NCBI GenBank assembly: GCA_039802605.1
Contig: JBDRWW010000006.1
Location: 32,001-96,000, forward strand
DNA: 64,000 bases
Source of the DNA: a candidate division WOR-3 bacterium
Lineage (GTDB): Bacteria; Hydrothermota; Hydrothermia; LBFQ01
Direction of reading: 5' to 3'
Shown: positions 19,462-29,128 of the stretch, one piece after another
How positions within the stretch are numbered: the first letter of the stretch is position 1
Layout: each line of letters opens with the position of its first letter
Made by a program: the position numbers and the translations under genes
Notes under the pieces: generated by a model
Seen by the model: only the letters and a program-made list of their open reading frames with translations
Database searches by the model: none
What the model was told of the DNA's origin: nothing

Positions 19462-21017
19462 TACCACCTTCCCAAGCCTTGCATATACGATGTTATCATA
19501 GGCCTTACACCTAAAAGGTTCCTTATACCGCAGTTAAACTGGCTAGTATAATCCCCCTTAAAGCCCACCATGTTAAGGTTTAAATCCAAGAATACACCCA
19601 CATTGGCTTTATAACCGAAGTAATCGTATTGGGTTGTATCGTTCTCAACCCTAAGGCCGAGGATGTTTGTTAAGAATGAAAACCTATACCTCGGGAAGGA
19701 TGGGGTGTATCTTCCCGCGCCTTTTACATCCGGATAAAGGGCCGAGAATGAAAGGTTTAGGGTTATAGGTCCTAAGTAATAAACCGGTGAGAAGGCCTCA
19801 AAGCCGTATATATTGTGTGTTTGTATGTTTTCCGCGAAGTATTTATCATCCCTTTTAACCCAATCAATCCTATCGTAAAACCTTATGGCATAAACCTTAA
19901 AGATCCCAAAATCCGCATCAACTCCAAAGTCAAAACCCAAAACCCTTTCGGGCTTTAAGTTCTTATTCCCATAGTTTTTTGGGTCGGAATAAAACAATTC
20001 CGTGAAATCCGGCAACCTGCGGGAATAATAAGCGTTCAATGAAAACCACCCATAAACCCCAAATATATAGGGTTCATATCCCAATTTTCCGGAAAAGTTA
20101 TCGTACGAAACCTTTAAACCACCCTTAACAACCCAGTTGTATCCGTTTGATATAAGGGAAGGTAATATAAAGGCGTAATACCTCATTGTATCCCTAATAC
20201 CCGTAGCCCTTTCAACTATTGAACTTTTTATATACTCCGCATTCCCGCCGGTTTTTATTTCAAGAAACCCAATCTTATGGGAAAACTCCCCACCGGAATT
20301 TAAAGTATTGTGTAAGTTTCTACCGGTTCCCCAATTAAACTGGTCTTGGTGCCATCTGGCAAACAACTTTAACCCTTTAAAACTCCCACCCAAAAGGGCT
20401 ACCTGTGTGGTTTCATTTGATTCAAAGGTTGGAGGCAGATAAAACCCCTTTGCCGAGAAGGAGTTATACCTATAACCCGCAAACACATCAAAATCCGTTT
20501 CTTTTCTTGAAAGGAACAATGCTATGGAATTTGCCGGATTAAAGTATTTTCCGTTATCATACTCAAAAACATAACCATCCCACCTAAAACCCTCAAAGGA
20601 AAGCGTATTGTTTTGATGGTAAAACTTACCAATGCCCTTTACATACCCCCTTCCCCCAATCCTCAAAATCCCACCCGAGATATTTGAAGGCGTTATATTT
20701 ATCCCCGGAAGGTTTGCAAATCCGGAATAAAAGGATGAAACCAATCCAAAACCCGATATATCCATTTCGGTGAAAGGTAGGTTTGAGTTGTGATGGCCCG
20801 TTTGTGGATCGTAAAGGGGTATTCCATTATATAAAATCCTCGTTTGGTTAAAACTCAAACCCCTAAGGGATATATCCGCCTGAATTCCAAAAGGTCCCCT
20901 TTCTATAAGATAAACCGAAGGTAGTGAATTTAGGGAGTATATAGGGTCGGCACTTGATACGGAAACGGCATACATATGAAAAGGGCTTATTGCCATTACC
21001 GTGTCTATCCAAAACAT
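19416..21017 (-). CDS. TonB-dependent receptor
   Basis: Plug motif ADISLRGLSFNQTRILYNGIPLYDPQTGHHN, RLPDFTELFY, GNKNLKPE. Confidence 0.85.
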   Translation of the reverse strand: MFWIDTVMAISPFHMYAVSVSSADPIYSLNSLPSVYLIERGPFGIQADISLRGLSFNQTRILYNGIPLYDPQTGHHNSNLPFTEMDISGFGLVSSFYSGFANLPGINITPSNISGGILRIGGRGYVKGIGKFYHQNNTLSFEGFRWDGYVFEYDNGKYFNPANSIALFLSRKETDFDVFAGYRYNSFSAKGFYLPPTFESNETTQVALLGGSFKGLKLFARWHQDQFNWGTGRNLHNTLNSGGEFSHKIGFLEIKTGGNAEYIKSSIVERATGIRDTMRYYAFILPSLISNGYNWVVKGGLKVSYDNFSGKLGYEPYIFGVYGWFSLNAYYSRRLPDFTELFYSDPKNYGNKNLKPERVLGFDFGVDADFGIFKVYAIRFYDRIDWVKRDDKYFAENIQTHNIYGFEAFSPVYYLGPITLNLSFSALYPDVKGAGRYTPSFPRYRFSFLTNILGLRVENDTTQYDYFGYKANVGVFLDLNLNMVGFKGDYTSQFNCGIRNLLGVRPMITSYMQGLGRWYYCEYRHFFKPSTTL

Positions 21018-21051
21018 AAGAGGGTATTATAAAAAGGTTTGTTTCACAAAA

Positions 21052-21861
21052 TTACTTTGTTAAAGCAACGCTTACGGCTACCAAGAATAAACCAAAGGAT
21101 TCCGTTGCACTTAGGGATTCGCCGAGGATAAAAATTGAAAAAACGGTTCCAAAAATTATTGTTGAAAGTATTATTACGGAAGACGAAACGGCACCTTTAA
21201 ACTTTAATCCGTAAAAGTAGAGGATATAACCCAAACTTGAAGGGAAAACGGCAAGCCATATTACCGATAGCGATGGAACAATATCCGGTTGGAATTTAAA
21301 GAACATAGGTAAGAATGCCAAGGCTATAAAGGTTGAAACGAAGTTTGTGGAAAATGTATAATAAATCGGTTCTATTTGTAGGGAAAACTTTTTTGCAACC
21401 ACTACATAGAATGCGTAAATTATTGATGCCAGGAAGGATAAAAAGTCCCCCAAATTTATACCCCTAAATTCAAAAACATTCCCTATTAATAAAACCCCAA
21501 GGGTTCCCAAAACTATGGAAATTATGCTCCTGTTAATAAGCCTTTCCTTTAAAACCAGCGGCGCCAAGATACCCACATAAATCGGAAAAGTGTTTGATAT
21601 TATTGCAACCTTTGAGGCTGTTGTAAAAACCTGCCCCGTAAATTGGAGCTCGTGGGCCAATGCGTTTAAAGTTCCCAATATTATCGTAGGCTTTGAGATT
21701 AAAGGGGTTTTTCTGAGTATTAAAAACAAAAGAATGCTACTCAGAAGGAACCTGAAAAATATTATAACCTGCGGTGAAAAAGATGCTAAGGCGAATTCGG
21801 TGGCCGGTGGCGATGTTCCCCAAATTATTGAGGCTATTATTAAGGCAATGAAGCCCCTCAA
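21052..21861 (-). CDS. DMT/EamA family transporter
   Basis: IIWGTS, FRFLLSS, LKERL, about 10 TM helices in two repeats. Confidence 0.88.
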   Translation of the reverse strand: MRGFIALIIASIIWGTSPPATEFALASFSPQVIIFFRFLLSSILLFLILRKTPLISKPTIILGTLNALAHELQFTGQVFTTASKVAIISNTFPIYVGILAPLVLKERLINRSIISIVLGTLGVLLIGNVFEFRGINLGDFLSFLASIIYAFYVVVAKKFSLQIEPIYYTFSTNFVSTFIALAFLPMFFKFQPDIVPSLSVIWLAVFPSSLGYILYFYGLKFKGAVSSSVIILSTIIFGTVFSIFILGESLSATESFGLFLVAVSVALTK

Positions 21862-21945
21862 AGCGGGGAATTCTAAGGGTGTGGTTTGTTTTGCCGGAAA
21901 TGGTTAGATTTAAGACTTGAAGGCAACCGTAAAATAACCGGTTAA

Positions 21946-22806
21946 ATGGACTTAAAAGAGATCCTCAAAGAAATTGAGAACCTTGAAACCGAAAAAAAGG
22001 GGTTTCAACTGGACGATTTGGATTATGGAGAAATCGTAAGCCTTTCAATAAACGACAACATTTATGGCCTTTTAAAGGTAAGGGAACATATAGGGGAGGT
22101 TGTGAAAGTTGCGAATATGTGGGCTAAGGCTTTGGGGGGAGGGGGAAGGGTTGTTATGGTTGGTGCTGGGACATCGGGAAGACTTGCAATAATGGAAGCG
22201 GCGGAAATGTTCCCAACATTCGGTATAGGCAGGGATAGGGTTTTGGGTTTCATAGCGGGGGGTAAAAACTCCGTATTCGCATCAAAAGAGGGTGCGGAGG
22301 ATAATATTACCGCCGGTAAAAGGCTTGTAAAAAGGCTTAAACTATCAAAAAAAGACCTCCTAATAGGTTTATCCGCATCCGGGAGAACCCCATATGTAAA
22401 GGGTGCTATTGATATGGCGAAGGTTTTAAACTGTCCCACCGCTTTAATATCAACAAATCCAAAGGAAAGGGTTTTAATAAAGGCGGATGTAAATATTTGT
22501 GTAAATGTTGGGAGCGAGATTCTACCGGGTTCAACGAGGATGAAATCCGCAACGGTACAAAAGGTGATATTGAACACGATTTCGCTTTTGGGTGCGGTAA
22601 TTTTGGGAAGGGTTAAGAGGGGTAGGATGGTTGATTTGGTTCCAACATCCGGGAAGTTGAGGGCAAGGGCTATAAAAACATTGGTTGAGGAATTTTCATT
22701 GGAATACGATGAGGCTGTAAAACTCCTTGAAAAAACGGGTTGGAATTTGAGGTTAGCCTTTGAAATTATGGAGGGTAAAGATGCAGATAACGGGCGGAAA
22801 GTTTAA
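21946..22806 (+). CDS. murQ: N-acetylmuramic acid 6-phosphate etherase
   Basis: GAGTSGRL, EGAEDN, SASGRTPYV, GSTRMKSATVQK. Confidence 0.93.
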   Translation: MDLKEILKEIENLETEKKGFQLDDLDYGEIVSLSINDNIYGLLKVREHIGEVVKVANMWAKALGGGGRVVMVGAGTSGRLAIMEAAEMFPTFGIGRDRVLGFIAGGKNSVFASKEGAEDNITAGKRLVKRLKLSKKDLLIGLSASGRTPYVKGAIDMAKVLNCPTALISTNPKERVLIKADVNICVNVGSEILPGSTRMKSATVQKVILNTISLLGAVILGRVKRGRMVDLVPTSGKLRARAIKTLVEEFSLEYDEAVKLLEKTGWNLRLAFEIMEGKDADNGRKV

Positions 22807-23308
22807 AGGTTTTAAGGTGAAGGTTTCAAAGGACATAAGGCCCACGAGTGCATTTAATAGGAAAAGGATTTTTGACATTTTGAGGGATGTTAAAGGTTTT
22901 AAGGTGTTAGACCTATTTTGCGGAAGTGGGGCCTTGGGTTTGGAGGCCCTTTCAAGGGGGGCATCGTTTTGCGTTTTCGTTGATATTTCCAATGAAAGCG
23001 TTAAGGTGGTTAAAGAGAACCTAAAAAAATTGGGTATAACCGACATGGGTTTGGTATTAAGGGAGGACGCATTAAAGTTTTGCAGGAATTGGAAAAATGG
23101 CGAATTTGACCTTATATTCGCCGACCCCCCGTACAGTTGGGATAGGTATGACGAATTGGTTTCCGGTGTATCAAACCTCCTTAAAGACGGTGGGATCTTT
23201 GTTTTAGAGCTTTCAAGCAGGGTTAAACCGCCAGAAAACGAAACCCTTAAAATGTTTAAATTCATTAAAGGTGGTGATAGTGCCTTTGCTTTTTATAGCA
23301 AAGCCTAA
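22781..23308 (+). CDS. rsmD: 16S rRNA m2G966 methyltransferase
   Basis: MQITGGKFKG, IRPT, LDLFCGSGALGLEALSRG, ADPPY. Confidence 0.92.
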   Translation: MQITGGKFKGFKVKVSKDIRPTSAFNRKRIFDILRDVKGFKVLDLFCGSGALGLEALSRGASFCVFVDISNESVKVVKENLKKLGITDMGLVLREDALKFCRNWKNGEFDLIFADPPYSWDRYDELVSGVSNLLKDGGIFVLELSSRVKPPENETLKMFKFIKGGDSAFAFYSKA

Positions 23309-23526
23309 ACCCTTACCTCCACGACTTTATTCCGGGATTTTTCCCCCCTCAAAATTTTTATATTATCCTTTGGAATACCAAAGAAATCCGATAAAAGTTC
23401 TATTAACCTCTTGTTTGCCCTCCCATCAATAGGTGGGGAATTTATACCAACTTCAAACCTGTTTTCATCTAACCTTTTAACATATTCCCTCTTTGAATTG
23501 GGTTTAACTTTTACCTCAATTATCAA
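23305..23526 (-). CDS. DUF167/YggU family protein
   Basis: VKVKPNS, PPIDGRAN, GEKSRNK. Confidence 0.9.
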   Translation of the reverse strand: MIIEVKVKPNSKREYVKRLDENRFEVGINSPPIDGRANKRLIELLSDFFGIPKDNIKILRGEKSRNKVVEVRV

Positions 23527-24800
23527 ACCACAACATCAACCAGGGGTTTTGCTTTTAAGGTTAAACCGCTAACATCGGTGATCTTAACCTTTACGAATTC
23601 ACCGGGTTTAAACAACCCTTCAACAACTACCGTTAAACCGTTTTTTATCTTTCCGGAAGACTCTTTAACGCTTTTCCTACTTATCCCATCAATTAATACC
23701 TCTTCTTCCCTTCCCAGGAAAACCTTTCTCCTTTCAAGGGCATTTTTATTAACCTCGTCTATAAGCCTTCTTTGTCTCAAAATCTTTGTATCCTCATCCA
23801 CCTGATCCTTGTAGAAGGCCGCCGGTGTGTTTGGCCTTGGTGAATAAACGAACATAAAAGCCCCGTCAAACTTAACCTTCCTAACGACATCCAAGGTTTC
23901 CTCAAAGTCTTCCTCGCTTTCACCCGGGAATCCCACAATTATATCCGTTGTTATCGTCCCATAAGGCATCAATTCCCTTATCATATACGCCTGTTCAAGG
24001 TATTCCGCTTTGTTATAACCCCTATTCATCTTCCTCAAAATCCTATCCGAGCCCGCCTGTAAAGGCAAGTGTATCCAATCCGTTATAATCTCGCTTTCCG
24101 CAATGGTCTTTAAAACCTTATAAGAAAAGTCCCTCGGGTTTGGGCTCGTAAATCTAACCCTCCTTATATTCTTTACATTATCCTCTATAATCCTTAAAAG
24201 GTCGGCAAAATCGTATTTCCCATCAAAATAACTGTTAACATTCTGCCCAAGTAGGGTTATCTCAACAACCCCTTGCCCGTCCAAGGTTTTAACCTCTTCA
24301 ACTATTTCCTCCGCAGGCCTTGATATTTCCCTACCCCTCGTATAAGGCACAACGCAAAATGTGCAAAAGTTATCACATCCGTATTGTATGCTAACATACT
24401 CGGAATAACTTAAAGCCTTCCTTTTTGTCCTGTAATGCAAACCCAAATCATAACAAACGACCTTTTTCTCTTCCAATGAACCTAAAAGTTTTGGGAGTTC
24501 GTTGTATCCCCTCGTTCCAACCACAATATCCGCCCCAAATTCCAAGAGTTTATCGCCTTCCTGTTGAGCCAAACAACCCAGAACGCCTACAAACTTTCCC
24601 CTATTTTTATAATGTCTCAAAAGGTGTTTTGCCTTTCTGGCCGCCTTTTCCCTAACCGTACATGTGTTTATTAAAACGATATCCGCATTTTGTGGATTTT
24701 CTGTATATACAAAACCGCTTTCCTCCAAAATATCCCTGATTATCTCGCTATCCAACTCGTTCATCTGACAACCAAAAGTTTTAATATAAAACCTCCTCAT
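23523..24800 (-). CDS. miaB: tRNA methylthiotransferase MiaB
   Basis: TFGCQMN, NTCTVRE, GCDNFCTFCVVPYTRG, TRAM domain. Confidence 0.94.
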   Translation of the reverse strand: MRRFYIKTFGCQMNELDSEIIRDILEESGFVYTENPQNADIVLINTCTVREKAARKAKHLLRHYKNRGKFVGVLGCLAQQEGDKLLEFGADIVVGTRGYNELPKLLGSLEEKKVVCYDLGLHYRTKRKALSYSEYVSIQYGCDNFCTFCVVPYTRGREISRPAEEIVEEVKTLDGQGVVEITLLGQNVNSYFDGKYDFADLLRIIEDNVKNIRRVRFTSPNPRDFSYKVLKTIAESEIITDWIHLPLQAGSDRILRKMNRGYNKAEYLEQAYMIRELMPYGTITTDIIVGFPGESEEDFEETLDVVRKVKFDGAFMFVYSPRPNTPAAFYKDQVDEDTKILRQRRLIDEVNKNALERRKVFLGREEEVLIDGISRKSVKESSGKIKNGLTVVVEGLFKPGEFVKVKITDVSGLTLKAKPLVDVVV

Positions 24801-24815
24801 AATTTCAACTGCTTA

Positions 24816-26009
24816 TTATAAGGCTGAAATAAACTCTTCGCCCGTTTCCATATCCTTTACCTTGAATTTCCCGGTTTTTACTTCTTCCTCACCCACAAAC
24901 ACCACCCACTTAGCACCTACTCTATTAGCCCTCCTCATCTGAGATTTTAAGCTCTTACCCCTTTCAAAAACCATATCCGCCTTTTTACCCATTTCCCTTA
25001 ATCTCATCAGCGCGTTAAAGGCCACATCCGTATATTCGTCCGATGTCCTAACTACAAAGTAAATTTCTTCCCTTTCCCCTTGCGGGTTGTATATAAGGCT
25101 AATCCTATCAATTCCCGCCGCCCATCCGAATGCCGGTGTATCTTTACCCCCAAGCCAAGATACGAGTTTATCGTATCTCCCACCGGCCAAAATGGTGTTC
25201 TGTGCGGCATCCAAACCCTCGGCCTTAACTTCAAAAACCAATCCCGTATAGTAATCCAATCCCCTTACGAGCTTAGGATCCCTCTCAACCGGAACCCCGA
25301 AATCTTTTAATATTTGAAAGGTCTTTTCAAAATTATCCCTCTCTTCATCCGGTGTAAAATCCGCAATATCCGGCGGATTGAGTTTTGGGGAGCAGGTTTT
25401 ACAATCAAGAACCCTTAAAGGGTTTCTTTCCCTCCTAAATTTACAATCATCGCACAGGAAATCCAAATCTTTAAGGTATTTTTTTAACTCCTCCGAATAC
25501 CTCAATTTTGTATCCTCGCCTCCAAGCGTATTAACATAAATTTTAACATCCAAATTTAATTCCCTTAACGGTAGATACGCCGCAAGTATTCCCTCGGCAT
25601 CCGAATAAGGACCCGAATAACCCAAGAACTCCACCCCCAATTGGTAGAATTGCCTATACCTTCCCTTTTGAGGCCTTTCACCCCTAAACATAGGGCCGAA
25701 ATAAGCGAGTTTAATGGGGGGGGAGAGGCCGTTTTCCAAAAATGCCCTCACAACTCCGGCAGTTCCCTCAGGCCTCAAAGCCACATCCCTCCCCCCCCTA
25801 TCCTTAAAGACAAACATCTGCTTTTGCACTATGTCCGTAAATTCCCCCACGGATCTTACGAACAGTTCCAGAGGCTCAACTATCGGCGTTTCTATCCATA
25901 TAACATTGAACCTTCCCAACCAAACCTTAAAGGTGTTAACAATCCTCTCAAACTTGTAGAGCTCAAAACCCACCAAATCCCTAAAACCCCTAAGGGCTTT
26001 TATCTGCAT
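24816..26009 (-). CDS. hisS: histidine--tRNA ligase
   Basis: LRPEGTAGV, FRGERPQKGRYRQF, LVRGLDYY, GGRYD. Confidence 0.96.
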   Translation of the reverse strand: MQIKALRGFRDLVGFELYKFERIVNTFKVWLGRFNVIWIETPIVEPLELFVRSVGEFTDIVQKQMFVFKDRGGRDVALRPEGTAGVVRAFLENGLSPPIKLAYFGPMFRGERPQKGRYRQFYQLGVEFLGYSGPYSDAEGILAAYLPLRELNLDVKIYVNTLGGEDTKLRYSEELKKYLKDLDFLCDDCKFRRERNPLRVLDCKTCSPKLNPPDIADFTPDEERDNFEKTFQILKDFGVPVERDPKLVRGLDYYTGLVFEVKAEGLDAAQNTILAGGRYDKLVSWLGGKDTPAFGWAAGIDRISLIYNPQGEREEIYFVVRTSDEYTDVAFNALMRLREMGKKADMVFERGKSLKSQMRRANRVGAKWVVFVGEEEVKTGKFKVKDMETGEEFISAL

Positions 26010-26022
26010 TTGGGATATTACC

Positions 26023-26862
26023 CTATCTCCTACCCGTTAGAGCCCTATACCTACGGGTTATTTCTATTTGGCTTCCCATAGATGAGTTGAACACAACGCT
26101 ATCCTTCGCTTGTGTTAAAACAACACCATAATAAGGTTTTATGTAGGTTGTATCGTATGTGTCAAGTGTTGCAAATGTATCGCCCGAAATCGGAAGGCAT
26201 CCCGTTGGAATGGTGAATAATCCATAAAACAATCTTGCATGCATTTTACTCCTAATCCTATAAGCGCTAAAAATTCCGGCGGGTACGGAAACTGACAAGG
26301 AATCCATAACATAAGCATGAGAGGAATCAACCCTGAAACTGTCCAATCTGACTCCCAAAGTGCAGGTTGCCGTAAGAGGATTTTTTATCGTATCTCTTAA
26401 CCTTTGGGTTTGCGGTAATAACGGCATCCAAGATTTACCTATATTTAAAGGCCTTATACCAAAATTATACCTAAGCCTTACAGTATCCGATTCAATAGCG
26501 AAACTCGTGTATAGATAGACCGTGTCCCCCTTTATATGAAAGGTATCCTTTAAGGTTCTACCGGATATGAAGAAAGTATCAACATGTGGTACCAAGAGTT
26601 CCCCTCCGGAAGGTATATAGTTGTAGAAAATAGTTTGAACGGTATCCAGCGCGGTTCCGCTACTTGAAGATGTGGTACTGTCCCAATATACGAAGGAACT
26701 GTCCGGTGTGATACCGAAATACACAGCCGTGCTTTCCGGACTTGGTGTGGGGCCACCTCCCCCGCCTCCTCCGCCACCCCCACCGCCTTCTTCGGGAGCC
26801 GTGCTCCTTTTACACCCAAAAGCCACCGCTAAGGCTAAAAGAATTAAAGAAACGCGTTTCAT
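26023..26862 (-). CDS. lipoprotein with Gly12 linker
   Basis: AVAFG-C lipobox, 12 consecutive Gly, and a VSVPAGIFSAYRI motif typical of extended beta-sheet surface proteins. Confidence 0.78.
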   Translation of the reverse strand: MKRVSLILLALAVAFGCKRSTAPEEGGGGGGGGGGGGPTPSPESTAVYFGITPDSSFVYWDSTTSSSSGTALDTVQTIFYNYIPSGGELLVPHVDTFFISGRTLKDTFHIKGDTVYLYTSFAIESDTVRLRYNFGIRPLNIGKSWMPLLPQTQRLRDTIKNPLTATCTLGVRLDSFRVDSSHAYVMDSLSVSVPAGIFSAYRIRSKMHARLFYGLFTIPTGCLPISGDTFATLDTYDTTYIKPYYGVVLTQAKDSVVFNSSMGSQIEITRRYRALTGRR

Positions 26863-26909
26863 GGTTGAGGGTATTATAAGGGTGAAATTTAACTACCGTA
26901 GAATTTTCT

Positions 26910-27509
26910 ATGTGGGTGAATGAAAGTTGGGGGTTTTTATTTAAAGGCGAGAATTTTTTGATAAAGGTTAGCGTTGAACCCGTTAAGATGGATATAAATT
27001 TGCACCAAATACACGGGGCCAAGGTTGTGGTTTATAGGGGTCGGGATGGGTATGTGGGAGATGGGATAATAACGGATAAAAAAGGGGTAGTTATAGGCGT
27101 TAAAACGGCCGATTGTTATCCGATTTTTTTGGTTTCACAAAATGTTGTAGGGGTTCTCCATGCGGGTTGGAGGGGTAGTATAAAGGGTATAGTTCTTGAA
27201 GGCTTAAAGGAGATTTATGAAAATTTTGGGGTAAAACCAAAAGATGTAAAGGCCATATTTGGACCCGGCATATGTGGTAAATGTTATGAGGTTGGCTACG
27301 ATGTTGCCAGTCTTTTCAACGGCTTCGTGATTTTTAAAGATAATGGAAAATACCTTTTAGATCTTTACCTTTACAATAAGCACATATTGGAAAACCTCGG
27401 CGTTAAGGTTATAATACCCCCACCTTCATGCACATACGAAAACAAAAGCCTCTTTTCACATCGCAGGGGGGATAGGGGAAGATTGTACAATACGGTTGTT
27501 ATGGTATGA
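26910..27509 (+). CDS. pgeF: YfiH/PgeF family protein
   Basis: LHQIHG, TADCYPI, HAGWRG, GPGICGKCYEVG, FSHRR. Confidence 0.88.
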   Translation: MWVNESWGFLFKGENFLIKVSVEPVKMDINLHQIHGAKVVVYRGRDGYVGDGIITDKKGVVIGVKTADCYPIFLVSQNVVGVLHAGWRGSIKGIVLEGLKEIYENFGVKPKDVKAIFGPGICGKCYEVGYDVASLFNGFVIFKDNGKYLLDLYLYNKHILENLGVKVIIPPPSCTYENKSLFSHRRGDRGRLYNTVVMV

Positions 27510-28468
27510 AACCGAAATTCAGAATATTAATGTCCTTGGCCTTGATATTATTTGTAATATTAACGGGGAGTTTGGGATATATGTGGTTGGAAAATATGAG
27601 GTTTTTAGATGCTTTATATATGACGGTTATTACCGTTTCCACCGTGGGTTTTAGGGAAGTTAAAGATTTATCCGATATTGGAAAGTTATGGACGATAATA
27701 CTAATAATTTTCGGTTGGGGAACGGTGAGCATTTTAATAACAAATGTTGCGGCATATTTTTTAAGCCTTGAAGTTTTTAAAAGGAGGTATGGAATGCCCA
27801 AGGGGATTTCGGATCATTACATAATTTGCGGCTTTGGTAGGATGGGTAGGATAGTGGCGGAATTCCTGAAAAGCTCCCATTCCCCTTTTATCATCGTGGA
27901 AAACGACCCCGAAAGGGTTGAGCAGGCCATATCCATGGGTTATAAGGTAATTGAGGGGGATGCAACCGAGGAAAGCACGCTGATTAAGGCGTGTATTCAT
28001 AGGGCAAGGGGGTTGGCATCCCTTTTACGGGACGATCCGGATAACCTGTATGTCATCATAAACGCCAAAAACCTAAACCCTAAGATTTATACCGTTGCGA
28101 AGGCCACAACCGAAAAAGGAGCCAAGCTGATGAGAAATGTGGGGACTGATAGGGTAATACTACCCTATGATTGGGCTGGGATAAGAATAGCAAGAGCCCT
28201 TATACACCCGGCGGTTTCGGAGTTCCTTGACCTTTATCATATGCGGGTTGAGGAAATTACCCTTGATGAGGGATCACCATTCGTGGGTAAGAGCTTGAGG
28301 GAATTAAACTTAACGAAGTACGGTGCATATGTCCTTGCAGTTTTTAGAAATGGAAAACCCATTATACCACCAAACCCACACGAACCTTTAAACAGGGGAG
28401 ATGTTTTAATAATTCTCGGTGAGATTGAAAAACTGAAAGATGTTGAAGTTTTAGTACATGGGAAATAA
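27506..28468 (+). CDS. potassium channel with RCK/TrkA domains (MthK-like)
   Basis: TVSTVGF selectivity filter, CGFGRMG Rossmann motif, TrkA_C. Confidence 0.92.
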   Translation: MKPKFRILMSLALILFVILTGSLGYMWLENMRFLDALYMTVITVSTVGFREVKDLSDIGKLWTIILIIFGWGTVSILITNVAAYFLSLEVFKRRYGMPKGISDHYIICGFGRMGRIVAEFLKSSHSPFIIVENDPERVEQAISMGYKVIEGDATEESTLIKACIHRARGLASLLRDDPDNLYVIINAKNLNPKIYTVAKATTEKGAKLMRNVGTDRVILPYDWAGIRIARALIHPAVSEFLDLYHMRVEEITLDEGSPFVGKSLRELNLTKYGAYVLAVFRNGKPIIPPNPHEPLNRGDVLIILGEIEKLKDVEVLVHGK

Positions 28469-28476
28469 TTCTAATT

Positions 28477-28579
28477 TCCTCCGGGCCTTCCCTCTTTTGT
28501 TAGCCCCACTCAGTTTAACCTCATAGGGTAGAGTTGATGAGTAAAGTTCCGCGGAGGCCGAAGTTTATGACCCGAAGGA
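28477..28579 (-). ncRNA. candidate structured non-coding RNA (rod with central internal loop, 6S-like)
   Basis: On the minus strand UCCUUCGGGUC pairs with GGCCCGGAGGA, CUUC/CCUC pairs with GAGGGAAG, and CUUUACUCA pairs with UGAGUGGGG. G-U pairs favour this strand. Confidence 0.45.
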
Positions 28580-28627
28580 TGGACATATTCAATACTTCTT
28601 TTTTTCGCCCTTATAATATACGGTAGC

Positions 28628-29125
28628 ATGTTTTGGTTAATTGCGTTTGGCAAAGGCGCCGCTATAACCGTTCCGGTTACCCCGGCTCCGGATAAAAAGC
28701 CGGGTGAGTGGAGGACATATAACTCTACAATAAGTCCCGCAAGTGAATCGCCGAAAATAGAAGGTATAAGGTGGGGTAGTCCTGTGATAATAAACCTTTC
28801 TGGGAAAGGGGAAGATCCAGCATCCGCGACTTTAACCGGAAGGGGTGAAGACCTCAAAGGTTTTTCAAACATAACCGTATATATCAAGGGCAATGGTAAT
28901 GTAAAGTTTAACCTGTATTACACATACGACGGTAAATATATGATGTTATCAAGGGATATAACCGCCAGTGAAAGTTGGCAGGAGATAGTGTTTAACCTTT
29001 CGGAAGGCTTAGAGTTTGGACTCGGTATGCCCAACCGTCCCGATGTTATAATGCCTTATAAACTCGTAATTTCTTCCGAGGGCAACGCCGTTATCAACTT
29101 TGGTGGTGCATACATAAGGAGGTAA
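28628..29125 (+). CDS. hypothetical protein, possible galactose-binding/CIA30-like fold
   Basis: DLKGFSNITVYIKGNG and WQEIVFNLSE resemble CBM11/CIA30 motifs. Confidence 0.55.
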   Translation: MFWLIAFGKGAAITVPVTPAPDKKPGEWRTYNSTISPASESPKIEGIRWGSPVIINLSGKGEDPASATLTGRGEDLKGFSNITVYIKGNGNVKFNLYYTYDGKYMMLSRDITASESWQEIVFNLSEGLEFGLGMPNRPDVIMPYKLVISSEGNAVINFGGAYIRR

Positions 29126-29128
29126 GAA

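Noticed and set aside
26672..26923. Poly-proline ORF
   Set aside because: Antisense reading of the Gly12 linker.
28500..28530. cagtttaacctcatagg resembles the 3' end of the c-di-AMP (ydaO) riboswitch, next to a K+ channel
   Set aside because: The other conserved ydaO elements are missing, and it lies downstream of the channel gene.
28534..28579. ttgatgag...cgaag as a hammerhead ribozyme core
   Set aside because: No CUGAUGA or GAAA core and no compatible three-stem arrangement.
28477..28579. SRP RNA or 5S rRNA
   Set aside because: No GGAA-capped domain IV (CAGG...GCAG) and no 5S signature motifs.
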